NCBI RefSeq assembly: GCF_000143415.4
Contig: NW_003314283.1
Coordinates: forward strand, 630,752-694,751
Length of the DNA: 64,000 nt
Source of the DNA: Selaginella moellendorffii
Taxonomy: Eukaryota; Plantae; Lycopodiophyta
Reading direction: 5' to 3'
Each line of letters begins with the position of its first letter. Within the stretch, counting starts at the first letter, position 1. Under the pieces are notes generated by a model, which saw nothing but the letters and a program-made list of their open reading frames with translations, was not told the DNA's origin and searched no databases. Shown piece after piece: positions 12,739-24,516 of this stretch. The position numbers and the translations under genes are program-made.

Positions 12739-13658
12739 TGTAGCGCACGTGGTTTTGACCCTTTATCCTATGGTGATTTACCATAGGATAACACCACGAA
12801 GCGGAACCTAAACCCTCTTTGTGCCACGTGACAGATGCCACGTGTCATATGCCACGTGTCCATAAGAACCCGAGGTTCAGGGCCTTGGGCCACTGAACAA
12901 AGGAACAGTGCCAAACTCCCAAGCATGGAGCCAAGGAGTGACGGAACCGAACCACGGAGCAACTCCCAAGCATAAAGCCCAAGGAGCGAAGGGACAGGAG
13001 CCCAGAGCGACTTGGAACAGTCCTAGAGTAACCAGCATCCCAATGCCAGGACTAGCATGCAAAACGGAGCCAAACGGAGTCTGGCGCTATTTCGGCATAC
13101 CGGTGGCCTAACGCGAGGACATGGGTACTCCACCAACTAGCATGGAATGGAGCTTGGGCTTAGACCCAAGCCAAACGCAGAACAAGGACAGGCATGCAAG
13201 CGGGAGCTAAACTATGCCTCAGGTTGGTCGGCCATGCCCGACCTACCCACTATCCCTACTATACATTTGGAACCCCCCACAGCCCCCCCCCCCTTGAGGA
13301 ACACACGCTTTGGGCTTTCACCCCAAGCCTCCCTTAGTATCAGGAGTTAGTCTCTGGGACAAGCTCGAAACTTACTAAATATGGAATGTCCTTAAATTGC
13401 GAATTTGGACACGGGACGAACACCATTGTGTTCAGGACAATCTCTACATTCCGTAGATATACCAAATAAGCAAATCTAGACACTTTCCATAAATAGCATT
13501 TGGGACCGAAATGAGACTAACATAAAGGGCATGATAGCGAGGGTGTTTGGCAGACACGGTAAGCTATCATGTAGCGATATTGAGGGACCAATCTCAATAC
13601 GCGAGGGTTCTTGTCAAGCCAGTGCAAGACAGAGCAAAAGAGAACTAAAAAGCCAGGC

Positions 13659-14328
13659 TGTAGCGCATGTGATCATGGGATGAGATTTGGATATACTGTC
13701 ACCGTGGATCCTTGGAACCTTGGGGGATAAATAGGGATAAAATAGCCACTAAGGGCTCTCTTATCAAGCAATTGCCCCTTTTCCAGTTGGCTTAAGGGGA
13801 GAGAGATAAGGTGCACTACAGTTGGTATCGGAGCAAATGGCACAGGTTCGATTCCCATTGTATATTTATTAAAAATATAATATACCCTTGAGCAAGGTAT
13901 ATTCCTACCCCTAAATTTGAAATCGTACATATTGAGCATCTATGCGTACGTCCTTCCTCTTGTGTGGTGTATCCACGGACGAAGGTATCCACCGTGGGAC
14001 TGCAGTACAGGTGGATGACTAGTTGCCTCACATGGAATAGCTGGTCTACACAATGGAAGGATTGGTAGATTGAGTGTGGAAATGGAGGACATAATAAATA
14101 GTCAATGAGGACATTGACATCTCTAAAGGGGGGGTGAGTGTAGCGCATGTGATCATGAGATGAGATTTGGATATACTGTCACCGTGGATCCTTGGAACCT
14201 TAGGGGATACCGTGGATCCTTGGAACCTTAGGGGATAAATGGGGATAAAATAGCCACTAAGGGCTCTCTCATCAAGCAATTGCCCCTTTTCCAGTTGGCT
14301 TAAGGGGAGAGAGATAAGGTGCGCTACA
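13659..14328 (+). mobile_element. TRIM E inserted in the LTR of D
   Basis: TSD CAGGC. Terminal repeats 13659-13820 and 14139-14328, the second with a 28-bp internal duplication. PBS TGGTATCGGAGC, PPT AAAGGGGGGG, non-coding interior. Confidence 0.92.
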
Positions 14329-14899
14329 CAGGCCAAGTATGCTTGGCTGAATAGACACTTAGGAATTCCGTCCTTGTGCTCATCCGGCCAAGTACAGATG
14401 CAAAGTCCAATTTACTAACACTTGAACAAGAGGGGCTGATAAAAGGAACCAGCAATAAAGCTCTATTTCGTTAAAGTGGGAATTGTCATTATCCCACTTA
14501 TAAAATAAGGTTTCCAAACCTTTATATAGTATATAAATATAACAAAATTCAACTGCATTGAGGCACATGCCATTTTATTTTAAACAAGGAAATGTCTACT
14601 CAATCACTTCTCCTCCCCCTGCCACTGCTTCACCTCTCTCTTCTCCTTGTCATCGTCGTCCAATTTCTTTCCATCCTTTTAATATTGGCTCAGTTGCTCC
14701 GAGTCTAGGTGGAGCCCAAGTCCCCATTCAATCTTTACTTTCCCCTTATTAATAAAACAACTTCGTAGACTTCCAATAACATGCTGTAACACTTCTAGTA
14801 TAATGCAAATCCTCTCAAAGAATTGTCTTTTAATATTAATACAATGGCATGGAACCCCATGCCATAATAAGTTACATTTTTAAATAAATACATGCCATC

Positions 14900-15760
14900 T
14901 CAGACTGTTATTTTTTGCCTCCAACGCCTATACAATAATCTTGGAATTTCATCACTCTCCACACTATCAGGATTTAAACCCAATAGTAATGCCATCTCTT
15001 CTCTAATACGTCCACGCTCATGTTCAGTGGTCGAAGAACCCATCCGGTTGAGCAGATTATGGAGATGCGGATAGTGCTTGGCTAGAAAATATACATGCCA
15101 TAAATGATGACTGGTGTCTGTCCGATCAAATGGCTTCTGATATACCGTTCCATCTGCCATTTGGTTGATTTCTGCAGCCACCTCCTGGACTGGCCAGTTC
15201 TCTATCACCATCGCTCCAAGCCGTTCTGCAAGGTCCCCCAGAACATACGATTTCTTCTCCCTAGTTTCCATACTGCAAGAGATGGGGTGCACTGTATATG
15301 TGTGCGTATTCGCTACAGTTTTAATCGGCGAGTCATCGATGATGAGGATTTCACTTGACCTAGCAGTCCGGTTCATCACTACAGCCTCTGGCTTGACGAA
15401 GATGGGCTTGCTACCCCTCACATGGACCATAGTCAAGCAATCCTCCTGCGTTAGGAGAAAGTCAAATGGTAATATTACTCGCGTCTGATCGTGCATCATC
15501 TGTAGCAACGTTAATGCATTGTGGCGCATCATGGATGTCCAAACTCCCAATTGCAAATTGAACCCGGCCCTTTGTTTTAAGTGTCGCATGGTCATTATTA
15601 GATCCCGCAGTTTCTCCCGTGTGATTAATGTGAATCTGTCTCTTTTGACCAACTTGCGACCGCAGGCTTTGGAGGGTGCAGTGACATTCGAGGACGAGCC
15701 ACGCTCATGGGAGAAAAGGACACCGTTCAGATAAAAAATGATACAGTACCTTCGCCGTGA
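14900..15760 (-). CDS. FCP1/NIF-like HAD phosphatase-fold exon (cargo of the Sola-like element)
   Basis: IIFYLNGVL (DLNG-type motif I with Asp replaced by Tyr), LGVWTS, TQEDC...KPIFVK and ILIIDDSPIK. It is preceded by a pyrimidine-rich acceptor CATTTCAG. Confidence 0.65.
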   Translation of the reverse strand, partial: SRRRYCIIFYLNGVLFSHERGSSSNVTAPSKACGRKLVKRDRFTLITREKLRDLIMTMRHLKQRAGFNLQLGVWTSMMRHNALTLLQMMHDQTRVILPFDFLLTQEDCLTMVHVRGSKPIFVKPEAVVMNRTARSSEILIIDDSPIKTVANTHTYTVHPISCSMETREKKSYVLGDLAERLGAMVIENWPVQEVAAEINQMADGTVYQKPFDRTDTSHHLWHVYFLAKHYPHLHNLLNRMGSSTTEHERGRIREEMALLLGLNPDSVESDEIPRLLYRRWRQKITV

Positions 15761-16194
15761 CTCTGAAATGAAATGCGTCAGCATAAAAAATGGTACAAGT
15801 CAATTTTACCATCTACAATATTAGCGAATGGTGCTCCCGATGGTCGTTCAGAGGGTTTTGGTCGAGGAAACGTGAAGGGCGGAAATACTCTCCTCTACAA
15901 TGTGGGGTGTGGCGTGTGGGCACATGCCATTTCAGCTGTAGACTCTGGTACAACTGGCTCAACAGTGGCATGGGGTGGTTCCGATGGCGTGTGATCACAC
16001 GCCATTTCAGCTGGTGCCTCCGTTGGCAAAGTGGACATGACCGAACAGGAAGCAGGGGCGGTGTAGGGAGGTTCCAACGGCGCGTAGTCAGACGATTGGG
16101 CATACGTTGAGTCCGTTGGAAATGAGGATACGACTGTCAGGAATCCCCCAATTCTTGCCACATTCCTGACTCTTGCCGGATTCCTGACCTGCAG

Positions 16195-16312
16195 ACCACA
16201 TTCCTGATTCTCGAGACACTTCCCTATTCCTGACTCTCGAGACACTTCCATATTCCTGACTCTCGAGACACTTCCCTATTCCTGACTCTCGAGACACTTC
16301 CCGATTCCTGAG
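16195..16312 (+). repeat. 26-bp tandem repeat in the LTR of A
   Basis: (ACACTTCC[C/A]TATTCCTGACTCTCGAG)n; one unit fewer in the 3' LTR (~29565-29655). Confidence 0.85.
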
Positions 16313-17069
16313 TCTTGAGCCATATTCCTGATGATGATGTGGCGCCTCCTCGACCTCAGCTATATTTACGCCGTCCTCAATCCAAGAGTGGTGGAGCTTC
16401 ATCAACCTATAGTATATATAGGTTAGCCTTGTTCCATTTCTCCACAATCTGAATCAACACTAGTCTAAGGCTTGTTCTTTGTTTTCACTAGCTTTTTCTC
16501 TTTGTCTTTAGCATTTTCCAGTCTTGATCTTGTTGGGGGTCTTGATAGTTTGATTCAGATTGTGGTTTTTTTGCTTTTCTTTTAGCTCGTTTTGATTATT
16601 TGATTGCCTTTGTCTTTTTCCCCTTTCTTTTCTCTTGCCAATGGAGTCTCCAAGCCATCTTGATTTCTTTGCTGAAGTCCTTGCAAAAATCCAGTATGAG
16701 AATACCGAGCTGAAGGCGACCCTTCTTCGCATGCAGCAGGAGCTTGCTTCACTTTCGGCTCAAGGATCCAGCAAAGTTCCTGAACCGAAGGTGAGTTTCC
16801 CGGCGAAATTTTCAGGCAAGCGTTCAGAGCTTCGTGGATTTTTGAACCAAATGGAGCTGATCTTTGCACTTCAACATCGGCGGTACCCCACTCCCGAGTC
16901 TCAAATCGGCGCGATTGGGACGTTGCTCGAGGGTGCAGCTTTGTCATGGTTTTCTCCTCTTCTGGAGAAGAGCATGAAAGGGGTCTGTAAGGAACCAACT
17001 CGCCGAGGTGTCGTAGGCTAAGGGAACCCCGAAAGCATGACCAAAATGACAAAGAGTTCATCGGATGGG

Positions 17070-17340
17070 ACCAAGTCAAAGATCGAGTCCAAGACCGACT
17101 CTAGGACCGAGTTCGAGATAGAGTCCGGAATCGAGTCCAAGACCGACTCGGGGACCGAGTTCGAGTCCGAGTTCGAGACCGAGTTCGAGACGGAGTCCGA
17201 GATCCGAAATCGGGTCCGAGACCGAGTCCGAAGTCGAGTCCGAGGTCGGGCCCGAGATCGGGTCCGAGATCGAGTCCGCGATCGAGTCCGAGACCGAATC
17301 CGAAGTCGGATCTGAAATCGGATCCGAGATCGAGCCAGAG
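17070..17340 (+). repeat. Degenerate hexamer array (GAGTCC/GAGACC/GAGTTC) in the LTR of B; copy at ~23453-23723
   Basis: Directly visible; the source of spurious RDRV/ESE ORFs. Confidence 0.85.
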
Positions 17341-18192
17341 ACTAAGTCCAAATACTAATACGGGTCAAGGGGTGAAAGCCCAAAGCGTGCGTCCCCCAGG
17401 GGGGGGGGGCTGCAGGGGGTTCCAAAAGTATAGTAGGGATAGTGAGGTCCAGGAACCAGTTTTGAAGGGACTCTCCAGTTGGGCTTCCAAACCGACTTGA
17501 GGTTGGGACTGGGACTAAGGGGCCTTGGGTGGGAGTGAGCATGGACTTGGCTGGTGCCGGAGGGGCCATCCAAGGAAGTGCTCAAGAGCAGCTCCCACTC
17601 CCGAAAGGGAAACCGATTGCGGTGCTCCCGGCTCATGTGGAGTGGTGCCCCACTTGAGTACCATGCGGCTCATTGGTCCTCGCCCTTCCTAGGGGCTTGG
17701 GCCTTCCTTCGGGATGGAAGTGGGGGGCGAGAGGTACCCATGCCGGGCCGTTAGGCCACGGTGTTTCGCCCCGGCGTCCCGAAGCAAGTGTTGCACTCAA
17801 GACTTGGGATTTAGAGGGTCCCATGATCAAGTCTTGTGGTACCAAGGGATGTTAGGAACCTGGAAGCTTGGTGTGCTTGGCTGCTTGTGCTTGCGGGGAG
17901 TGTAGCCGAACCTTAAGTCCAGTCTAACCCGGGGAGGGGGATTGGGAGTGATTTGGGAATCCGTGGAAGGATGGCTAACACTCCGTTGCTCGTGCAGTGA
18001 GTAGCTGAAACCAAGTAGGAGCTGGTACCATAGGCGAGAACCTTGGCAAGGGAACTTAGCAAAAGCCAAGGCAGTGTTGGACGGATAGACGAGGTAAGCT
18101 GGCAAATTGGAAAGGAAAAATTTGTGGCTTACAATTTGGTATCGGAGCCTTTATCTCAGTTCTAGCGAAGGATAGAGGCGGATTGCTGGGAG

Positions 18193-21100
18193 ATGGCAAG
18201 GGCAGGGCGTAAGCGAACCCAGGCGGAGACGGAACCTCCGCCGGAGCTGGAGCCTCCGGTCGAACAAGAGGCTATGGATGAGGAATCCTTGCATGAGGAG
18301 GACTCTAGTGAGGAAACTTCCAAACAGGAGTCCGGTGGCGAGGTTCGGTCGTCCAAGGCTCGATTGGACGTGCTAGAAGGACAGTTGGCACAAACCAATG
18401 CCCTGCTGGAAACTCTCGTACGCAAGCTAAAGCGTGACGAGAGGCGGAAGAAAAAGAAAAAGACTGCGGATGCTGGCAGCGCAGAAGGTGCGGATCTTTC
18501 GGCCGGGACTGAGGCAAAACCAGACAAGGTCGAACAGACCGAAGTGGAATCAGTCCCTCAGGCAGTTCCCAAGTACAAACCAAAACCCCCACCGGTGTTC
18601 AAGGGAGTGAACGACTATAAGGTTGTGGAGGATTGGTTTTACGATATGGAGGACTACTTCCGAGCGTTGCGGTTACCGAGCTCGGAGAAGGTCCCATGTG
18701 CAAAACCATACTTGGCAGATAATGCCAAGTCTTGGTGGAGAACAACGGAGGCCAACGAAGGACCGGTGGCCACCTGGGACATGATGAAGGCGAGGATCCG
18801 CGCGACATACGTTCCTCCGAATGCCACTCTGCATCTGAGAGATGAGTTGAGTAGGCTGAAGCAGACTGGAACCATCCAGGAATATGTGAATGGGTTCATG
18901 GCAAAGAGGATACTTGTCACGGACATGGGGGATATGGATGCGTTCCATGCCTTTATATCAGGTTTGCAAACCTGGGCTCGCGGTGAGGTGATGCGCTGGA
19001 ACCCGACCAACTACAAGGAAGCGTTGGATGCGGCCATCAAGGTGCATTTCAACGATAACCTGCGAAAGGGGAACACGACGGGGTCGGGATCCACGTTTCA
19101 CAAAGGGGCCAAACCGAGGGGAACATATAGCAAGGGGAAATTCAAGAAGAGTTTCTCTAAGAATGAGTCCTCGGGGTTCCGGAAAGGCAAAGCCGGTGGC
19201 CAGCGAGCGAGTACGTGGGGAAGTCAAGCGAAAAAAGACAAACCCACGGATAAGAAGGTCAAGTCGTATAGCAGCGTGGGCAACAACGTATGCTACAACT
19301 GCGGCGAAGCGGGACACTTCTCGAGGGAATGTCCCTACCCGAAGAAGGCCAGAGCCAATATGGCCATCAAGTCGGGTGAAGTCCAAACTGAGGTATGTGA
19401 TCCAGTCCCCAACTCAAAGTTACTCATTACACGAGCAACTTTGGTAGAGAGTCGTTCGCGACATCTACTAGCCCTCCGAGGGAAGCTCGGAGGTAGCTTT
19501 GTTAAGATCCTTATTGACACGGGTGCTTCGGATAATTTTGTGGCTGCAGACATAGTCCGGCAAGCCGGACTAACGGTGCAGCGGCTAGGCGAACCAAGGA
19601 CTATAGAGTTTGTTCAAGGTAGCCAAAGCACCGATGAGGTACTTCGACAAGCGAGAGTCGAAGTGGGGACATGGAAAGTGGACATGGATTTCACCGTCTT
19701 GGACATGGCGGGATTTGACGTGATCTTCGGAATGGATTGGTTTAATCGGTTCGTGGTAGCCCTACATGGACAAGGTAGGAACCTTGTGGTATTGGCGAAT
19801 GCCCAAGGAAGAAGATCTAGGGTGGAGGCCCAGGATCTAAAGGTAGGGCAAAGCAAGGCCAAAGAGTCATGCTTAAACCTGGTGTCCACGAGAGGACAAC
19901 TCACTAAAGGAACTAAGGCAGCCTTTTTGTGCTTACTCTCGGTGAAGAGTGACAAAAAGACAAGAACGGAAGAAGTACCTTTAGTGATCCAGCAGGTGCT
20001 GGACCAATTCCAGGATACGATGCCGGAGGAGCTACCGGCGGGGTTGCCCCCCGCACGACCGATAGAACATAAGATTGAGCTGGTCGAGGGTGCTGAGGCG
20101 GTGGTTCGTCCACCCTATCGATTGAACGAAAAAGAACTCAAGGAGCTCAAGAGCCAACTAGAGGAGTTGGTGGACAAAGGGTATGTTAGGTTGAGCAAGT
20201 CGCCGTATGGGGCGCCGGTGCTATTTGTGAAAAAGAAAGATGGATCTATGCGCATGTGCATAGACTACCGGTTGCTCAACAAGTATACCAAGAAGAACAA
20301 GTACCCTTTGCCAAGGATCGAGGACCTGTTCGATAGGTTGGGAAAGGCAAAATACTTCTCGAGGATTGACCTAAGGTCAGGATACTACCAGATCAGGGTA
20401 GCTGAGGAAGATGTCGAGAAGACAACCTGTCGAACGAGGTATGGGAGCTTTGAGTTTTTGGTGATGCCCTTTGGGCTGTGCAATGCGCCGGCAACGTTTT
20501 CGGCGTTGATGAACCACATCTTTGTACCCTATCTGGATCGCTTCGTGGTCGTCTATATTGACGACATCCTGATCTATAGCGAGACGCTAGAGGAGCATGC
20601 CGAACACTTGGCGAAGGTGTTTGAGAAACTAAGGGAACACAAACTGTATGCTAAAGAGAGCAAATGTGACTTTGCTCAACAAGAGGTAAAGTTTCTCGGG
20701 CATGTGGTGGGCCAGGACGGGCTCAAGGTGGACCCGGAGAAGGTCCAAGCGATCCAGGAATGGGAACGACCATCGAATGTACATGAGTTGAGGGCGTTCC
20801 TGGGGCTATGCAACTACTATCGAAAGTTTATCAGACACTATTCGAGAGTAGCCCTGCCCTTAACGGACCAAACAGGAAAAGGGAAGATGGTATGGACAGC
20901 GGAATGCGAGGCAGCATTCGTCCACCTCAAAGGGAAGTTGAGGAAGGCTCCGGTGTTGGCCTTACCAGACTTTGGTAAAGACTTTGAGGTAGACACGGAT
21001 GCTTCGGACTTTGCGTTGGGCGCAGTTTTGAAGCAAGACAACCATCCAGTAGCGTTCTTCTCGAAGAAGCTGGACAAGGCTCAACGGAAGTGGCCTGCCC

Positions 21101-22965
21101 ACGAGAAGGAATTGTTTGCGGTGGTCAAGGCGCTCAAGGAGTGGCGACACTACCTTGGGAGACACTTCAAGGTTTACACGGACAATGTGGCAACGAAACA
21201 CTTCTTGTCACAGCCCGACCTAAGGGGAAAACAAGGTCGGTGGGCCAATGCTTTGGCCGAGTTTGATTGCGAGATCCTGTACAAGCCTGGGAAGAGCAAC
21301 ATCGTGGCAGATGCGCTCAGTCGAAAAGCGAGCTTGAAGTTGGCGATATCTAGCGCGACAGCAACCTTTTGGGACGATGTGCGGACCGCATACGAGAGTG
21401 ATGGTCTAGCACAAGAAGTGTTGCTGAGGAATCTGGAGGCGCGGGAAGCTCACCAGAGAGGTGAGCTGCCAACGGAAGAGAAAACGGGCTATGCGGAACG
21501 CAACGGACTCATATATTACAAGCAAACGAGGGTGTATGTTCCAGAAGGGGAACTAAGGAAGGTAGCCTTGGAAGAGTGTCATGACGGACCTCTCGCGGGA
21601 CACGGCGGAGTGCCCAAGACGATGGGCTTACTCAAAAGGAAGTATCACTGGCCAGATATGGCTAAGGACGTCCAAGACTATGTAAAGACATGTCCAACAT
21701 GTCAGCAGGTCAAAGCCGTGACGAAGGCTAGTGGGGGCTTGTTGCAAAGCATCCCCATCCCAGATCGTCCGTGGAAATGTCTCACGATGGACTTCATCAC
21801 GGGACTAACCCCAAGCGAGGGGTTCGATGCGATATTCGTGGTGGTGGACCGATTTTCAAAGATGGCACATTTCATACCCACCACAACGGATGTGGATGCG
21901 GAAGGTGTGGCGAAGCTGTTCTTCGAACAAGTGGTTCGAGTGCGGGGAAGGCCGGAAGAGATTATCTCAGATCGAGATAAGATCTTCACCAGTAGGTTCT
22001 GGAGGACACTCCTAGAACAGTATCGCACCAAGTTGAAATTCAGCACGGCCTATCACCCACAGACAGGTAATGGGTATTGAGTCAAGATTGATGGCACTAA
22101 CACTTCTTGACAGACGGACAAACGGAAAGGGTGAATAGGCAGCTGGAGGATTATTTGCGATGCTATGTCTCGGGAGACCAGACTGACTGGGTAAGTCATT
22201 TGGGACTTGCGGAAATGTGTTATAACAACTCACCACATTCGAGCATCGGGGTGAGTCCATGGGAAGTCATCAATGGGCGAGCTATTGAAGGTCCTGTGGA
22301 ACTCGGCGTGGCCGAGTATCATGGAGAGTTACCCGCAGTGGAGGCATTCACGGCGGAAAGACTCAACATTTGGAATCTAGTGAGGGATTCCTTGGAACGG
22401 GCTCAACAAAGGCAAACTAAGTACGCGAACCAAAAGCGTCGAGATGTGGAGTTCCAAGCTGGGGAGAAGGTGTGGCTGAACACCAAGAACCTCAGGCTAC
22501 CAAGTGGGATCAGCCGGAAGTTGACCCAAAGGTAAAAATGCATGTATTCCTGTAAATGAATTGATCTTGAGTTCCTTAAGCAGGTTCGCGGGGCCTTACG
22601 AGATTGAGGCTCGAATCGGTAAAGTGGCTTACCGTCTTCGACTTCCTCGAGAGATGGGGAAGATGCATCCCGTGTTCCACGTGAACTTACTCAAGCCGTA
22701 TTTTGAGGATCCGCTTCGCAAGGACCAAGTAAGACCTTTACCTGAGGTTATCCAAGGGGAGGAGGAATACGAAGTCGAGGCCATCCTCAATGCGCGCAAG
22801 AGCAAGCGACAAGGACGCGAGGTGAGAGAGTTCCATGTGAAGTGGAAAGGATTTCCACACTGCGAAGCAACATGGGAACCGGAGGAGAACCTAGCGAACG
22901 CGCGAGATCTAGTGGAGGAATTTCTGCATGGCAGAACTCTATGTACTTATGCAAAGTTCAATTAA
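18193..22965 (+). CDS. Gag-Pol of B (gag, CCHC, PR, RT, RNaseH, IN, chromodomain); exons 18193-22066, 22114-22531, 22584-22965
   Basis: Motifs [28 protein letters not shown] and HHCC. Removing two GT-AG introns restores AYHPQTDGQTER and KLTQRFAGPY. Chromodomain EYEVEAIL...VKWKGF...TWEP. Confidence 0.88.
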
Positions 22966-24516
22966 AAGTATCAATTTGAGAAGTTGAGCAATGGCATATG
23001 TTGGGACCCGAAGGCGCGCCGAAGGTAAGCTAATTAGCATGGGTTAGCTAGGTCGACCAGGCGTAGGGAGCTACGCCCGACTCCCTGCGGGGATGTCGAA
23101 TCCGTAGACGTATTCTACGGAGGTTGGGTTTGAGTCCCAACCCCCTAGTAAAGCAAGGCTGGGTTCAAGTCCCGACCCCATACTAGGGCGTGGTGAGGGG
23201 TGGAGTATAGGGACACCTATATTCCGTTGTCATGAGCTTTTGGCCGGGGAGGCTAACTTAGGCACACCGCTAAGTGGGGGGATGCCCCCGGAGACATGGT
23301 CAACAAGTCGTAGGATAAAAAAGAGACGTTCGATGTGGGCATCGAACTTCTTCTATGGGTGGTGGAGTTGTAAGGAACCAACTCGCCGAGGTGTCGTAGG
23401 CTAAGGGAACCCCGAAAGCATGACCAAAATGACAAAGAGTTCATCGGATGGGACCAAGTCAAAGATCGAGTCCAAGACCGACTCTAGGACCGAGTTCGAG
23501 ATAGAGTCCGGAATCGAGTCCAAGACCGACTCGGGGACCGAGTTCGAGTCCGAGTTCGAGACCGAGTTCGAGACGGAGTCCGAGATCCGAAATCGGGTCC
23601 GAGACCGAGTCCGAAGTCGAGTCCGAGGTCGGGCCCGAGATCGGGTCCGAGATCGAGTCCGCGATCGAGTCCGAGACCGAATCCGAAGTCGGATCTGAAA
23701 TCGGATCCGAGATCGAGCCAGAGACTAAGTCCAAATACTAATACGGGTCAAGGGGTGAAAGCCCAAAGCGTGCGTCCCCCAGGGGGGGGGGGCTGCAGGG
23801 GGTTCCAAAAGTATAGTAGGGATAGTGAGGTCCAGGAACCAGTTTTGAAGGGACTCTCCAGTTGGGCTTCCAAACCGACTTGAGGTTGGGACTGGGACTA
23901 AGGGGCCTTGGGTGGGAGTGAGCATGGACTTGGCTGGTGCCGGAGGGGCCATCCAAGGAAGTGCTCAAGAGCAGCTCCCACTCCCGAAAGGGAAACCGAT
24001 TGCGGTGCTCCCGGCTCATGTGGAGTGGTGCCCCACTTGAGTACCATGCGGCTCATTGGTCCTCGCCCTTCCTAGGGGCTTGGGCCTTCCTTCGGGATGG
24101 AAGTGGGGGGCGAGAGGTACCCATACCGGGCCGTTAGGCCACGGTGTTTCGCCCCGGCGTCCCGAAGCAAGTGTTGCACTCAAGACTTGGGATTTAGAGG
24201 GTCCCATGATCAAGTCTTGTGGTACCAAGGGATGTTAGGAACCTGGAAGCTTGGTGTGCTTGGCTGCTTGTGCTTGCGGGGAGTGTAGCCGAACCTTAAG
24301 TCTAGTCTAACCCGGGGAGGGGGATTGGGAGTGATTTGGGAATCCGTGGAAGGATGGCTAACACTCCGTTGCTCGTGCAGTGAGTAGCTGAAACCAAGTA
24401 GGAGCTGGTACCATAGGCGAGAACCTTGGCAAGGGAACTTAGCAAAAGCCAAGGCAGTGTTGGACGGATAGACGAGGTAAGCTGGCAAATTGGAAAGGAA
24501 AAATTTGTGGCTTACA

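Larger units (their letters stand above)
16986..24516 (+). mobile_element. LTR retrotransposon B: young Ty3/gypsy chromovirus
   Basis: 1148-bp LTRs at 16986-18133 and 23369-24516 (TGTAAG...GCTTACA; two differences noticed). iMet-type PBS TGGTATCGGAGC at ~18137, and a purine-rich tract before the 3' LTR. Confidence 0.96.

Noticed and set aside
16195-16312. CRISPR-like array
   Set aside because: Head-to-tail 26-bp units without spacers, inside a eukaryotic LTR.
17037-17351. RDRV/ESE/SD-repeat ORFs (also 23420-23734 and 42122-42846)
   Set aside because: Translations of hexamer arrays inside LTRs, open in many frames.
22067-22583. Frame breaks in B as decay or sequencing error
   Set aside because: Both are ~50-nt GT-AG insertions whose exact removal restores conserved motifs.
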